Below, piece after piece: positions 10,008-17,703 of a DNA stretch of 58,128 bases (positions are counted from its first letter, which is position 1; the number at the start of each line of letters is the position of its first letter). Below the pieces are notes generated by a model. It saw nothing but the letters and a program-made list of their open reading frames with translations, was not told where the DNA came from and ran no database searches. The stretch is from Ignavibacteria bacterium (GTDB lineage Bacteria; Bacteroidota; Ignavibacteria; Tepidaquicellales; OLB5), in contig JBDTNV010000003.1 in assembly GCA_039933555.1 (NCBI GenBank), positions 1 to 58,128 of the forward strand, given 5' to 3'. The translations under genes were made by a program, and so were the position numbers.

Positions 10008-10388
10008 ATGCTTCTTGGAATATTAGTTAATTAATGAGTTCAAATTTAGTAAATTTTAGCTTAATATAAAGAGTTATTATATCTTCATTTTATACAACAT
10101 CATTGGAATTTAGTCTTCAACAATCGTCTTTTTTTTTCCACAAAACCAGAGTTTAACAATTGCAATTTCCTTTCCAAAGAAATACCTTAAATCCGGTTGA
10201 AAAATAAGGGTTATTGTTGAATTATCCTTTTCGTCAGGGAATAATGAGTTAACAAATTATACCTCGGTTCTTTGCGAATATAAGTGTATGCCCTTAATTT
10301 TGAACAATAAAATATTTAATAAGAAATAAAAGGTTCTGTAGATACAAATTCCATCCTGTTACCCCAAAGGTGTATTTAAAGGACCTAG

Positions 10389-10428
10389 GCCAAGCAGCCC
10401 CGTCACCTAAAATTGACGGGGTGTTGGC
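10389..10428. other. interrupted 13-bp hairpin in a ~600-nt non-coding gap
   Basis: gccaa-gcag-CCCCGTCA-cctaaaat-TGACGGGG-tg-ttggc. No T-run on either strand. Confidence 0.5.
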
Positions 10429-10602
10429 TGAGATTAAAGCAGTATCAATTTTAGAAATGATTTTGAAATGATAGAACATAAAGATGAATTGCTAAAGACC
10501 TTGCTCAAAATTGTGATAGTGATATTTATCGGAATGATAATTGGAATGAATTTTTTGCATTAATATTAAGAATATTAAAAAAGTAAATAAAAATCTAAAT
10601 AT

Positions 10603-12171
10603 ATGAAACATTTATTAACGGTAATAATAATTTTTTTTGTGATATTTAATTCCAGAGGACAGAATATAACTAATACTCTGGGCAGCCTTGGAAATTTTAC
10701 TATAAAGGATGCTTCAAATACTTACATGAGCTTAAGCCAGTCAACAGGGAATCTTTCCCTGAACCGCGGGCTGAATCTTCTGCTGACAAGCAGCGCAACC
10801 ACCGGAATAATTTTTAAAGGAGGAACCAGATTCATCCATGATTTTGCGCCGCCGGGAGCTTTTGGCAGCAATGTGTTTATAGGGATCGGTGCAGGTAATT
10901 TCACAATGGTATTTACAGGCAATACCCTGAATTCAAGCTTCAATACTTCCGTGGGCAGCTCAACACTAGCATCACTTACAAGCGGGGCGAATAATTCAGC
11001 ATTTGGATATACTTCTATGTTCGATAATACTTCAGGAAACAACAACAGCGCATTTGGACACAGCTCTTTGAACAATAATACAACAGGAGGTTCAAACTCA
11101 TCGTTTGGTTTTGAATCTCTTTTCAATAATTTTTCTGCTTCTTCAAATTTATCTTTCGGCTACCAGAACCTGAAAGCTAATACTACCGGTGACCAGAACT
11201 CAGCTTTTGGAAGCCAGTCAATGTGGACAAATTCCACCGGCAGTTTTAACTGTTCGTTTGGATTCCAGTCTTTATTGGGCAATACGACGGCATCAAGAAG
11301 CAGCGCTTTTGGCTACCAAAGCTTAACCAGTAATAACGGGATAAATAATAATGCATTCGGATATCAGTCACTTCAATTAAGCAACGGTGGAGTTGAAAAC
11401 TGCGCATTTGGAAATCTTTCGCTGGTCAATAATTCAAATGGCTCACAAAACTCAGCTTTTGGAAACAATACGCTAACATCTAACACTACCGGATTAAATA
11501 ATTCAGCATTTGGCAATGATGCAGGCACAAATGTAACAACAGGCTCAAACTTAACACTTATTGGGTTTAACGCTGAGCCAACTTCAGGAATAGCGACAAA
11601 CCAGGTCACACTTGGTAACAGTTTTGTTTCATCATTAAGGTGCGCCGTTACTACAATTACTTCACTTTCAGACGCGCGGGATAAGAAGAATATTCATGAC
11701 CTGAACTTAGGGCTTGGGTTTATCTCAAAGCTTAAGCCAAGAATATACAACTGGGATAAACGCGAATGGTATGATAACAATGTTTCTGACGGAAGCAAAA
11801 TGCAGGAAACACCCACTGCGGGTTTCATAGCGCAGGAGCTTGATGAAGCGCAAACCAGCGAAAATGCTGAATGGCTGAGACTTGTTCTGAAGGATAACCA
11901 TGAAAAATGGGAAGCAACACCCGGAAATTTACTTCCAATTATGGTAAAGGCAATACAGGAGCTAAATGAGAAATGTGATTCACTGCAAAATGAAAATAAT
12001 ATTCTGGCAAGTAAGCTTGACGAGGTAGGTGAGCTTAAAAAGAAACTTGAAATGCTGACATTCCAAATTGAGAACCTAAACATCAAAACAGATGAAATTA
12101 AAAGATCATCAGATAATATTAAGCGCGAAGAAAATAATTTACAGGTTATCAGCAATGAAAATTCAAAATAA
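10603..12171 (+). CDS. secreted fibre-like repeat protein with C-terminal peptidase S74 (endosialidase/tail-fibre intramolecular chaperone) domain and coiled coil
   Basis: Signal peptide. About 12 tandem ~17-aa repeats (xNNSAFGYQSLxxNTTG). Then SLSDARDKKNIHDL..GFISKLKPRIYNW..TAGFIAQELDE, matching the S74 autoprocessing domain. Heptad-like tail. Confidence 0.75.
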   Translation: MKHLLTVIIIFFVIFNSRGQNITNTLGSLGNFTIKDASNTYMSLSQSTGNLSLNRGLNLLLTSSATTGIIFKGGTRFIHDFAPPGAFGSNVFIGIGAGNFTMVFTGNTLNSSFNTSVGSSTLASLTSGANNSAFGYTSMFDNTSGNNNSAFGHSSLNNNTTGGSNSSFGFESLFNNFSASSNLSFGYQNLKANTTGDQNSAFGSQSMWTNSTGSFNCSFGFQSLLGNTTASRSSAFGYQSLTSNNGINNNAFGYQSLQLSNGGVENCAFGNLSLVNNSNGSQNSAFGNNTLTSNTTGLNNSAFGNDAGTNVTTGSNLTLIGFNAEPTSGIATNQVTLGNSFVSSLRCAVTTITSLSDARDKKNIHDLNLGLGFISKLKPRIYNWDKREWYDNNVSDGSKMQETPTAGFIAQELDEAQTSENAEWLRLVLKDNHEKWEATPGNLLPIMVKAIQELNEKCDSLQNENNILASKLDEVGELKKKLEMLTFQIENLNIKTDEIKRSSDNIKREENNLQVISNENSK

Positions 12172-12927
12172 AACAGCACTTACCATAATATTAATGCTGG
12201 CTATAAAGCTTTACAGCCAGACTTACAGCGACATAAATTACAATAATGGTACAGCTGTTGATGTTGGTTCCGGGGCTGATGTTTGCGCAAATGATATTTT
12301 TATTAATGGGACCTTCAGCGGTACGGGTACGATATGTATCGGGGCGCTTCCTGTTGCTTTATCATCTTTTACAGCATCAAATGAAAAAAACAATGTAACT
12401 TTGAGCTGGATAACCGAAACGGAACTGAATAACTCAGTGTTTGAGCTTGAAAGGAAGGATAACAATAATACGGGTGAATGGAGAAAACTTGCCTTCATTC
12501 AGGGGGGAGGGACCACTCAGGGACAAAAGTTTTACACTATGAAGATAAGAAATTAAAGGCAGGGATCTATAATTACAGGCTATAACAGATAGACTATAAC
12601 GGCAATTATGAATATTATGACCTAAGTGATGCTGTTGCAGTAAAGGCGCCAAATGATTTTAAGCTGTCTCAGAATTATCCCAATCCCTCAAATCCAAAAT
12701 CAAAAATTGATTATGAAATTCCATTTGACGGAAATGTAAGCATTAAGGTTTATGATATACTCGGTAAAGAGATCATTACATTGGTGAATGAATTTAAAAC
12801 TGCTGATTTCTATTCGGTGGAATTTGACGGCTCAAATCTGGCAAGCGGAATGTATTTTTACAGGATAACGGCTAATGGCGGCGGCAAGATCTTTAGTAAA
12901 ACACTCAAAATGATATTGGTGAAGTAA
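12155..12927 (+). pseudogene. decayed T9SS cargo gene (frameshift plus in-frame TAA)
   Basis: The ATG at 12155 gives signal peptide MKIQNKTALTIILMLAIKLYSQ. The frame stops at 12556. The next frame continues ..HYEDKKLKAGIYNYRL*QIDYNGNYEYYDLSDAV..FKLSQNYPNPSNPKSKIDYEI..GMYFYRI..KMILVK*, with TAA at 12583-12585 and the final stop at 12925-12927. Confidence 0.75.
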
Positions 12928-13017
12928 TCATGAATCAGTAAAAGAATTTCTGAAATATTAAGAAAAATATACAAAAAGTATTGGTTAGATAATAAAGAAA
13001 AGATTCTAAAGCACATC

Positions 13018-13051
13018 AAACCGGGTAATATTAATGTTACCCGGTTTTTTA
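13018..13051 (+). terminator. rho-independent terminator
   Basis: aaaCCGGGTAA-tattaatg-TTACCCGGtttttt. Confidence 0.75.
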
Positions 13052-13100
13052 TTTAAATGATTATAAAGTATATATTTATGAAAATATTTCAAGAAAATAT

Positions 13101-13131
13101 TTGACAAATGCTTATTTCTATCCTATATTTG
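13101..13131 (+). promoter_or_regulatory. candidate promoter of the ABC/membrane-protein cluster
   Basis: TTGACA (13101-13106), 17-nt spacer, TATATT (13124-13129). The same site reads TATATTTG, which fits TAnnTTTG. Confidence 0.5.
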
Positions 13132-13183
13132 TAAAGTACTTTAAAAAACAAAGTAGATAAATAGCTTAAAATTGGTAAATTTG

Positions 13184-13954
13184 ATGAATTCCAAAAAAAA
13201 AATAATTGAAGTAAAGAATCTGGTAAAGAAATATGATGATCTAACGGCTGTAAATGATATTTCTTTCGATGTTTATGAAGGCGAGATCTTCGGGCTGCTT
13301 GGACCCAACGGGGCAGGTAAAACTACTACGCTTGAAATAATGGAAACACTGAGAGAGCTAACGACAGGCGAAGTGTTTGTCGGAGGGCTATCGGTTACTT
13401 CACACAAGAATGAAGTTAAGAAAATAATCGGTGTGCAGCTTCAGCAATCCGGATTTTATCCAAACTTAACTCTTATTGAGCTGATTAAATTATTTGCCGG
13501 CCTTTACAATACCAGTACTGACCCGATTGAAATACTTGAAATGGTTGGTTTGAAGGAAAAGGCAAAAGCGATATACAAAAATCTAAGTGGTGGGCAGAAG
13601 CAGAGATTTGCAGTAGCAACTACTATCATAAACAAACCTAAAATTGTATTCCTTGATGAGCCAACTACCGGGCTTGATCCGCAGGCAAGAAGAAATCTCT
13701 GGGATCTTATTAACAGCATACGTGATTCAGGAGCAACAGTAATGTTAACCACTCATTATATGGATGAAGCCGAAAAGCTATGTGATAGAGTTGGCATAAT
13801 GGATCTTGGTAAAGTAATTGAGCTCGATACGCCAAACAACTTAATTGATAATCTGCTTGCAAAAGGATTCACGCGCGAAGAAAAACTTAAACATGCTTCT
13901 TTGGAAGACGTATTTATCAGCCTTACGGGAAGGGACCTGAGAGATGAACAGTAA
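13184..13954 (+). CDS. ABC transporter ATP-binding protein
   Basis: Walker A GPNGAGKTT, signature LSGGQKQR, Walker B IVFLDEPTTGLD. I prefer the ATG at 13184 over the TTG at 13172. Confidence 0.9.
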   Translation: MNSKKKIIEVKNLVKKYDDLTAVNDISFDVYEGEIFGLLGPNGAGKTTTLEIMETLRELTTGEVFVGGLSVTSHKNEVKKIIGVQLQQSGFYPNLTLIELIKLFAGLYNTSTDPIEILEMVGLKEKAKAIYKNLSGGQKQRFAVATTIINKPKIVFLDEPTTGLDPQARRNLWDLINSIRDSGATVMLTTHYMDEAEKLCDRVGIMDLGKVIELDTPNNLIDNLLAKGFTREEKLKHASLEDVFISLTGRDLRDEQ

Positions 13955-15050
13955 CAACTACAGTCAATTAAGAGCGACACTTTCAATTACTAAAGGAAGC
14001 CTGCGCTCAATAGTACGCAACCCATCGAGCATTATATTTACACTTCTTTTCCCGTTAATATTTATAATTGTATTCGGTTTCATTGGCTCAGGCGGCGGCA
14101 GCAGGTTTGATATTGGCTTCTACAGTACAAGTAATAATAATAACCCGCTCTTCCAGTCACTAATAACAATAGAAAATTTTAAGATAGAACAGGATATTCC
14201 TGACGGAGAGCTGGATAAAAAGCTTGAAAAGGGCGATATCGATGCAATCTTTAAAATTGTAAAAAATCCCCAGGGCACTTTCCCGGAATATATACTTGAC
14301 ATAAAGACCAATAAGGCTAAACCTGAAAGATCAAGCCTCATAAGATTAATTACATCACAAGTCATTAACGGCTTTAATATGTCGCTTGTAAAAGAGCAGC
14401 CTCCTGTTGCAATTATTAAACAAACGGATGTTGAAGGAAGGCTTTTTAAGACAATAGATTTTATTTTACCTGGTCAATTGGGATTTTCAATACTCAGTGC
14501 GGGTGTCTTCGGCACAGCGTTTGTGTTTATTTCACTTCGTGAAACTCTTGTTATAAAGAGATTCTTCGCAACCCCTATAAACCGCAATAATATAGTATTA
14601 GGCGAAGCATTAAGCAGGCTGATATTTTCAATGGCAGGCTCAGTTATAATTATAGGTTTGGGGCATTTTCTCTTCGGATTCACACTTATTAACGGATTCT
14701 GGACCTTCCTTAACATGATGGCTGTATCGGTATTGGGACTTATTGTATTTTTGGGATTCGGCTTCCTTGTATCAAATATTGCGAAGAACCTGAATTCCGT
14801 GCCGCCAATCGCGAACCTTGTTACACTGCCGCAGTTCCTTCTTGCGGGCACATTCTTTTCAATTGATGTATTCCCGTCATGGCTGCAGCCAATCAGCCGT
14901 TCTTTGCCGCTGACTTATCTTAACGATGCCTTAAGGAAAATAGCTTTTGACGGCGCAACTATATTCACACTTCCAAAAGAAATACTTATACTTACTGCAT
15001 GGGGAGTAGTTGTTTACGCTTTTGCTATAAAATTCTTTAAATGGGAATAA
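13944..15050 (+). CDS. ABC-2 type transporter permease
   Basis: One N-terminal TM helix, an extracytoplasmic loop and a C-terminal 5-TM bundle typical of ABC2_membrane. Overlaps the ATPase gene by 11 nt. Confidence 0.8.
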   Translation: MNSNNYSQLRATLSITKGSLRSIVRNPSSIIFTLLFPLIFIIVFGFIGSGGGSRFDIGFYSTSNNNNPLFQSLITIENFKIEQDIPDGELDKKLEKGDIDAIFKIVKNPQGTFPEYILDIKTNKAKPERSSLIRLITSQVINGFNMSLVKEQPPVAIIKQTDVEGRLFKTIDFILPGQLGFSILSAGVFGTAFVFISLRETLVIKRFFATPINRNNIVLGEALSRLIFSMAGSVIIIGLGHFLFGFTLINGFWTFLNMMAVSVLGLIVFLGFGFLVSNIAKNLNSVPPIANLVTLPQFLLAGTFFSIDVFPSWLQPISRSLPLTYLNDALRKIAFDGATIFTLPKEILILTAWGVVVYAFAIKFFKWE

Positions 15051-15065
15051 TAATAAAATATTGCT

Positions 15066-15692
15066 ATGGATACAAATAAAATTATAGATACAGATAATAT
15101 AGATATTAAGCAGGCTGAGCTGGAAATAGCTGTAATCAAAAAGATTATGGTTGATAGCCGCAAGGCGGTTTACGAGACAAGCATGCAGGGAATATTCTGG
15201 ACTATGGTAATGGCGCCGGCAATACTTGTGAATTATCTAATGTATGTATTCGGTGTTGGGTTTAAATACTCGGGGTTATTATGGATTGGTGCAGTTGTAA
15301 TAGGAATTACCGGGTCAATAATAATAGCAAGAAAAGAAAAACGTACAATACGGGCCAAAACATTTGCAGGAAAGCTATTGGCAACCATAGGTATAGCTGT
15401 AGGCGGCGCTAATGTTATATTCGCATTCGCAGCCGGAATAGCCGGAGCATTTGATCCTCTGTATTTAGTTTCAATTGATTCCATAGTTCTGGGTATGGCG
15501 TTTTATGTTATCGGAGTTATACAGCAGTTAAAAACCTTAAAAATACTTTCATATATTTGGTGGGGTGGCGCAGTATTTTTCTTTGTGTTCCCCAGCATCC
15601 ATTGTTTATTATTTCTCGCAGTAATGCTTATTATGACGGTATGGCTGCCAAAATTTGAAGAAAAAAACCGTAAGAAGAGCCAAAGCATATAA
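15066..15692 (+). CDS. uncharacterised polytopic membrane protein, paralog A
   Basis: 208 aa, about 5 TM helices. Shares ELxVIKKIMxDSR, FxG[KR]LL, GxIQQ and WWGGAxxxFxFPSxHxLLFxAVM with the next gene. Confidence 0.7.
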   Translation: MDTNKIIDTDNIDIKQAELEIAVIKKIMVDSRKAVYETSMQGIFWTMVMAPAILVNYLMYVFGVGFKYSGLLWIGAVVIGITGSIIIARKEKRTIRAKTFAGKLLATIGIAVGGANVIFAFAAGIAGAFDPLYLVSIDSIVLGMAFYVIGVIQQLKTLKILSYIWWGGAVFFFVFPSIHCLLFLAVMLIMTVWLPKFEEKNRKKSQSI

Positions 15693-15715
15693 TCTAAATA
15701 TTTATATAGTACGCC

Positions 15716-16318
15716 ATGAATATATCACAATCCGAAACCGAGCTTTCCGTAATAAAGAAGATAATGGAAGACAGCAGGAATATCGTTGCCGATAACGGCT
15801 GGCACTATATTTTCTGGGGGGTTTCTGTTACCTGCGCGCTTATTGCTAACTATATAATGGCTCTTAACGGAGTTAAAATGAATTACCAGGGTATGATGTG
15901 GTTCATAGTGATGACAGGTACGTGGATCGTAGAAGGAATAATTGAAAGAAGAAAAGCTAAAAAAAGAAAAGAAAGAACATTTGGCGGCCGTCTGCTGGGT
16001 GCCCTTTGGTCCGCATCAGGTATATCAATGTTCATGTTTGGTTTCATAGGTGTAATTACACATGCATATACCGGCGCTTTTATCTGCCCGATAATTTCAA
16101 CTGTACTCGGGGCAACATATATCATAAGCGGCGCTATACAACAGACAAGATGGATGCAGCTGCTCTCAATCGGATGGTGGGGCGGGGCTATTTATACGTT
16201 CCTTTTCCCCAGTGTTCACACTTTGCTGATTTTTGCTGTAATGATGATAAGCTTTCAGACAATACCCGGAATAATTCTCTTCAGGAAATGGAAAAGGAAC
16301 CCTCTGGTAACAGATTAA
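15716..16318 (+). CDS. uncharacterised polytopic membrane protein, paralog B
   Basis: 200 aa. Same motif set and topology as 15066..15692. Confidence 0.7.
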   Translation: MNISQSETELSVIKKIMEDSRNIVADNGWHYIFWGVSVTCALIANYIMALNGVKMNYQGMMWFIVMTGTWIVEGIIERRKAKKRKERTFGGRLLGALWSASGISMFMFGFIGVITHAYTGAFICPIISTVLGATYIISGAIQQTRWMQLLSIGWWGGAIYTFLFPSVHTLLIFAVMMISFQTIPGIILFRKWKRNPLVTD

Positions 16319-16319
16319 T

Positions 16320-16616
16320 ATGACAGACTTTAATTACCATGAAATAGATGATGTGATTCACTCCCGCATACGGACTGCGATTATGGCAGTGCTCATAAGT
16401 GTTGATGAAGCTGAGTTCACATTTATACGGGAGAAAATAAACGCTACTGACGGTAACTTAAGCGTACACTTAAAGAAGCTGGAAGATCATAATTATATTT
16501 CTGTTAAGAAAGAATTTATTGAGCGTAAACCCGTCACAAGGTACAGGATAACTGAAACCGGGATCAAAGCATTTGAAGACTATATTAAGAAACTTGAGAG
16601 CATAATTAAAAAATAG
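16320..16616 (+). CDS. winged-helix transcriptional regulator (HTH_34 / ArsR-like)
   Basis: DDVIHSRIRTAIMAVL..EAEFTFIREKINATDGNLSVHLKKLEDHNYISVKKEF..RKPVTRYRITETG matches the small wHTH family. Starts 1 nt after the upstream stop. Confidence 0.8.
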   Translation: MTDFNYHEIDDVIHSRIRTAIMAVLISVDEAEFTFIREKINATDGNLSVHLKKLEDHNYISVKKEFIERKPVTRYRITETGIKAFEDYIKKLESIIKK

Positions 16617-16618
16617 AT

Positions 16619-17344
16619 ATGTTCAGAAAAAAATTAGCGGATAAGCAGTCAGAAAAAAGCAGGATGCACTTCCAGTGGCGAAGCCATGAAGTTCTCAGAA
16701 TTGAAGCATTCAGTGATGCTGTTTTCGCGTTTGCGGTTACACTGCTGATTGTATCACTTGAAGTACCGGAAACTTTTGATGAGCTCCTTCATACAATGAG
16801 CGGGTTCCTTGCATTTGCAGTAAGCTTTACGCTGCTTTTCCAGATATGGTATACCCAGTTCATATATTTCCGCAGGTACGGCATGCAGGATATGTTTACA
16901 ATTGTTGTGAATGCAGTGTTACTTTTCCTTGTGCTGTTCTATGTTTATCCGTTAAAATTTCTCTTCAGGATACTGCTCACTATCGGGCCAATCCACCACG
17001 AGGGCGCAAAGCCAATAATTACATCTGAACAGCTTCCTGCCTTGATGATAATTTACGGACTGGGGTTTGCTTCAATATACCTGATGTTTGTGCTGATGTA
17101 CCGTCATTCTGCAAAGAAAAAAGATGAGCTGAAGCTTGATGATAAAGAGGTTTTTAAAACAAGGACAAAAATGTACATATACAGCATAAATGTTATTGTA
17201 CCGCTTATGACTGTTGCCGCAGCGATTATCCTTCCTGAAAATAAGGCAGGTATGAGTGGATTTATTTATTTCCTGATCGGACCCGCAATAATGGTACTAT
17301 ACACCATCAGAAGAAAACAGCATGATAAGTTATTCGGCGCATAA
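16619..17344 (+). CDS. TMEM175 / DUF1211 family putative K+ channel
   Basis: Signature RIEAFSDAVFAFAVTLLI (RxxxFSD on TM1). About 6 TM helices, 241 aa. Confidence 0.75.
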   Translation: MFRKKLADKQSEKSRMHFQWRSHEVLRIEAFSDAVFAFAVTLLIVSLEVPETFDELLHTMSGFLAFAVSFTLLFQIWYTQFIYFRRYGMQDMFTIVVNAVLLFLVLFYVYPLKFLFRILLTIGPIHHEGAKPIITSEQLPALMIIYGLGFASIYLMFVLMYRHSAKKKDELKLDDKEVFKTRTKMYIYSINVIVPLMTVAAAIILPENKAGMSGFIYFLIGPAIMVLYTIRRKQHDKLFGA

Positions 17345-17350
17345 AATATA

Positions 17351-17377
17351 AATTAATAAAATTAATAAAATTAATAA
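17351..17377. repeat. 3 x 9-nt tandem repeat AATTAATAA abutting a start codon
   Basis: aattaataa x3 at 17351-17377, immediately before the ATG at 17379. Confidence 0.8.
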
Positions 17378-17378
17378 A

Positions 17379-17675
17379 ATGGATACTAACTTAAATAACG
17401 GCAATAGCGGCCAAAGGGATGAAAAGCTCTGGAAGCTTGCAAAAAAAAGAGCAGAATTCAAGAAGCATTTATTAACATATCTGGTTATTAATGTATTCCT
17501 TTGGTGCCTCTGGTTCTTTACAGCATCTAAACATGGTGATTTTTCTTTTCCTTGGCCCGGATTTGTGACCTTGGGTTGGGGGATTGGCCTGGCTTTCAAT
17601 TATATCGGGGCATATTCAGGCTTTAAAGATTCACAAACAGAAAAAGAATACAACAAACTGATAAATAAAAATTAA
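17379..17675 (+). CDS. 2TM domain-containing protein
   Basis: KKRAEFKKHLLTYLVINVFLWCLWF...GWGIGLAFNY pattern of the 2TM family. The antisense ORF 17330..17599 is low complexity. Confidence 0.7.
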   Translation: MDTNLNNGNSGQRDEKLWKLAKKRAEFKKHLLTYLVINVFLWCLWFFTASKHGDFSFPWPGFVTLGWGIGLAFNYIGAYSGFKDSQTEKEYNKLINKN

Positions 17676-17703
17676 TAAAATACCATTTGTGCAGGAGCAG
17701 CAT

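Noticed and set aside
10294-10479. 61-aa minus-strand ORF in the long non-coding gap
   Set aside because: No start context, odd composition, and it spans the 10389-10428 hairpin. More likely non-coding.
12092-12154. Upstream-extended starts offered by the ORF track: 12092, 8190, 13172, 17689, 22728, 41980 and 49421
   Set aside because: In each case a downstream ATG immediately precedes a canonical signal peptide or conserved N-terminus. The extension overlaps the previous gene, a terminator or spacer sequence.
10603-12927. Prophage remnant or DGR target, suggested by the tail-fibre-like repeat protein
   Set aside because: No other phage structural or lysis genes, no integrase, no reverse transcriptase and no template-repeat copy of the variable-looking region are visible in the window.
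16006-16323. 105-aa plus-strand ORF in an alternative frame of membrane paralog B
   Set aside because: The overlapping frame (15716..16318) is supported by paralogy to 15066..15692. This frame is Arg/Cys-rich nonsense.
17330-17599. 89-aa minus-strand ORF opposite the 2TM gene
   Set aside because: Its C-terminal LILLILLIYIL comes from the AATTAATAA repeat. The plus-strand ORF matches the 2TM-domain pattern.
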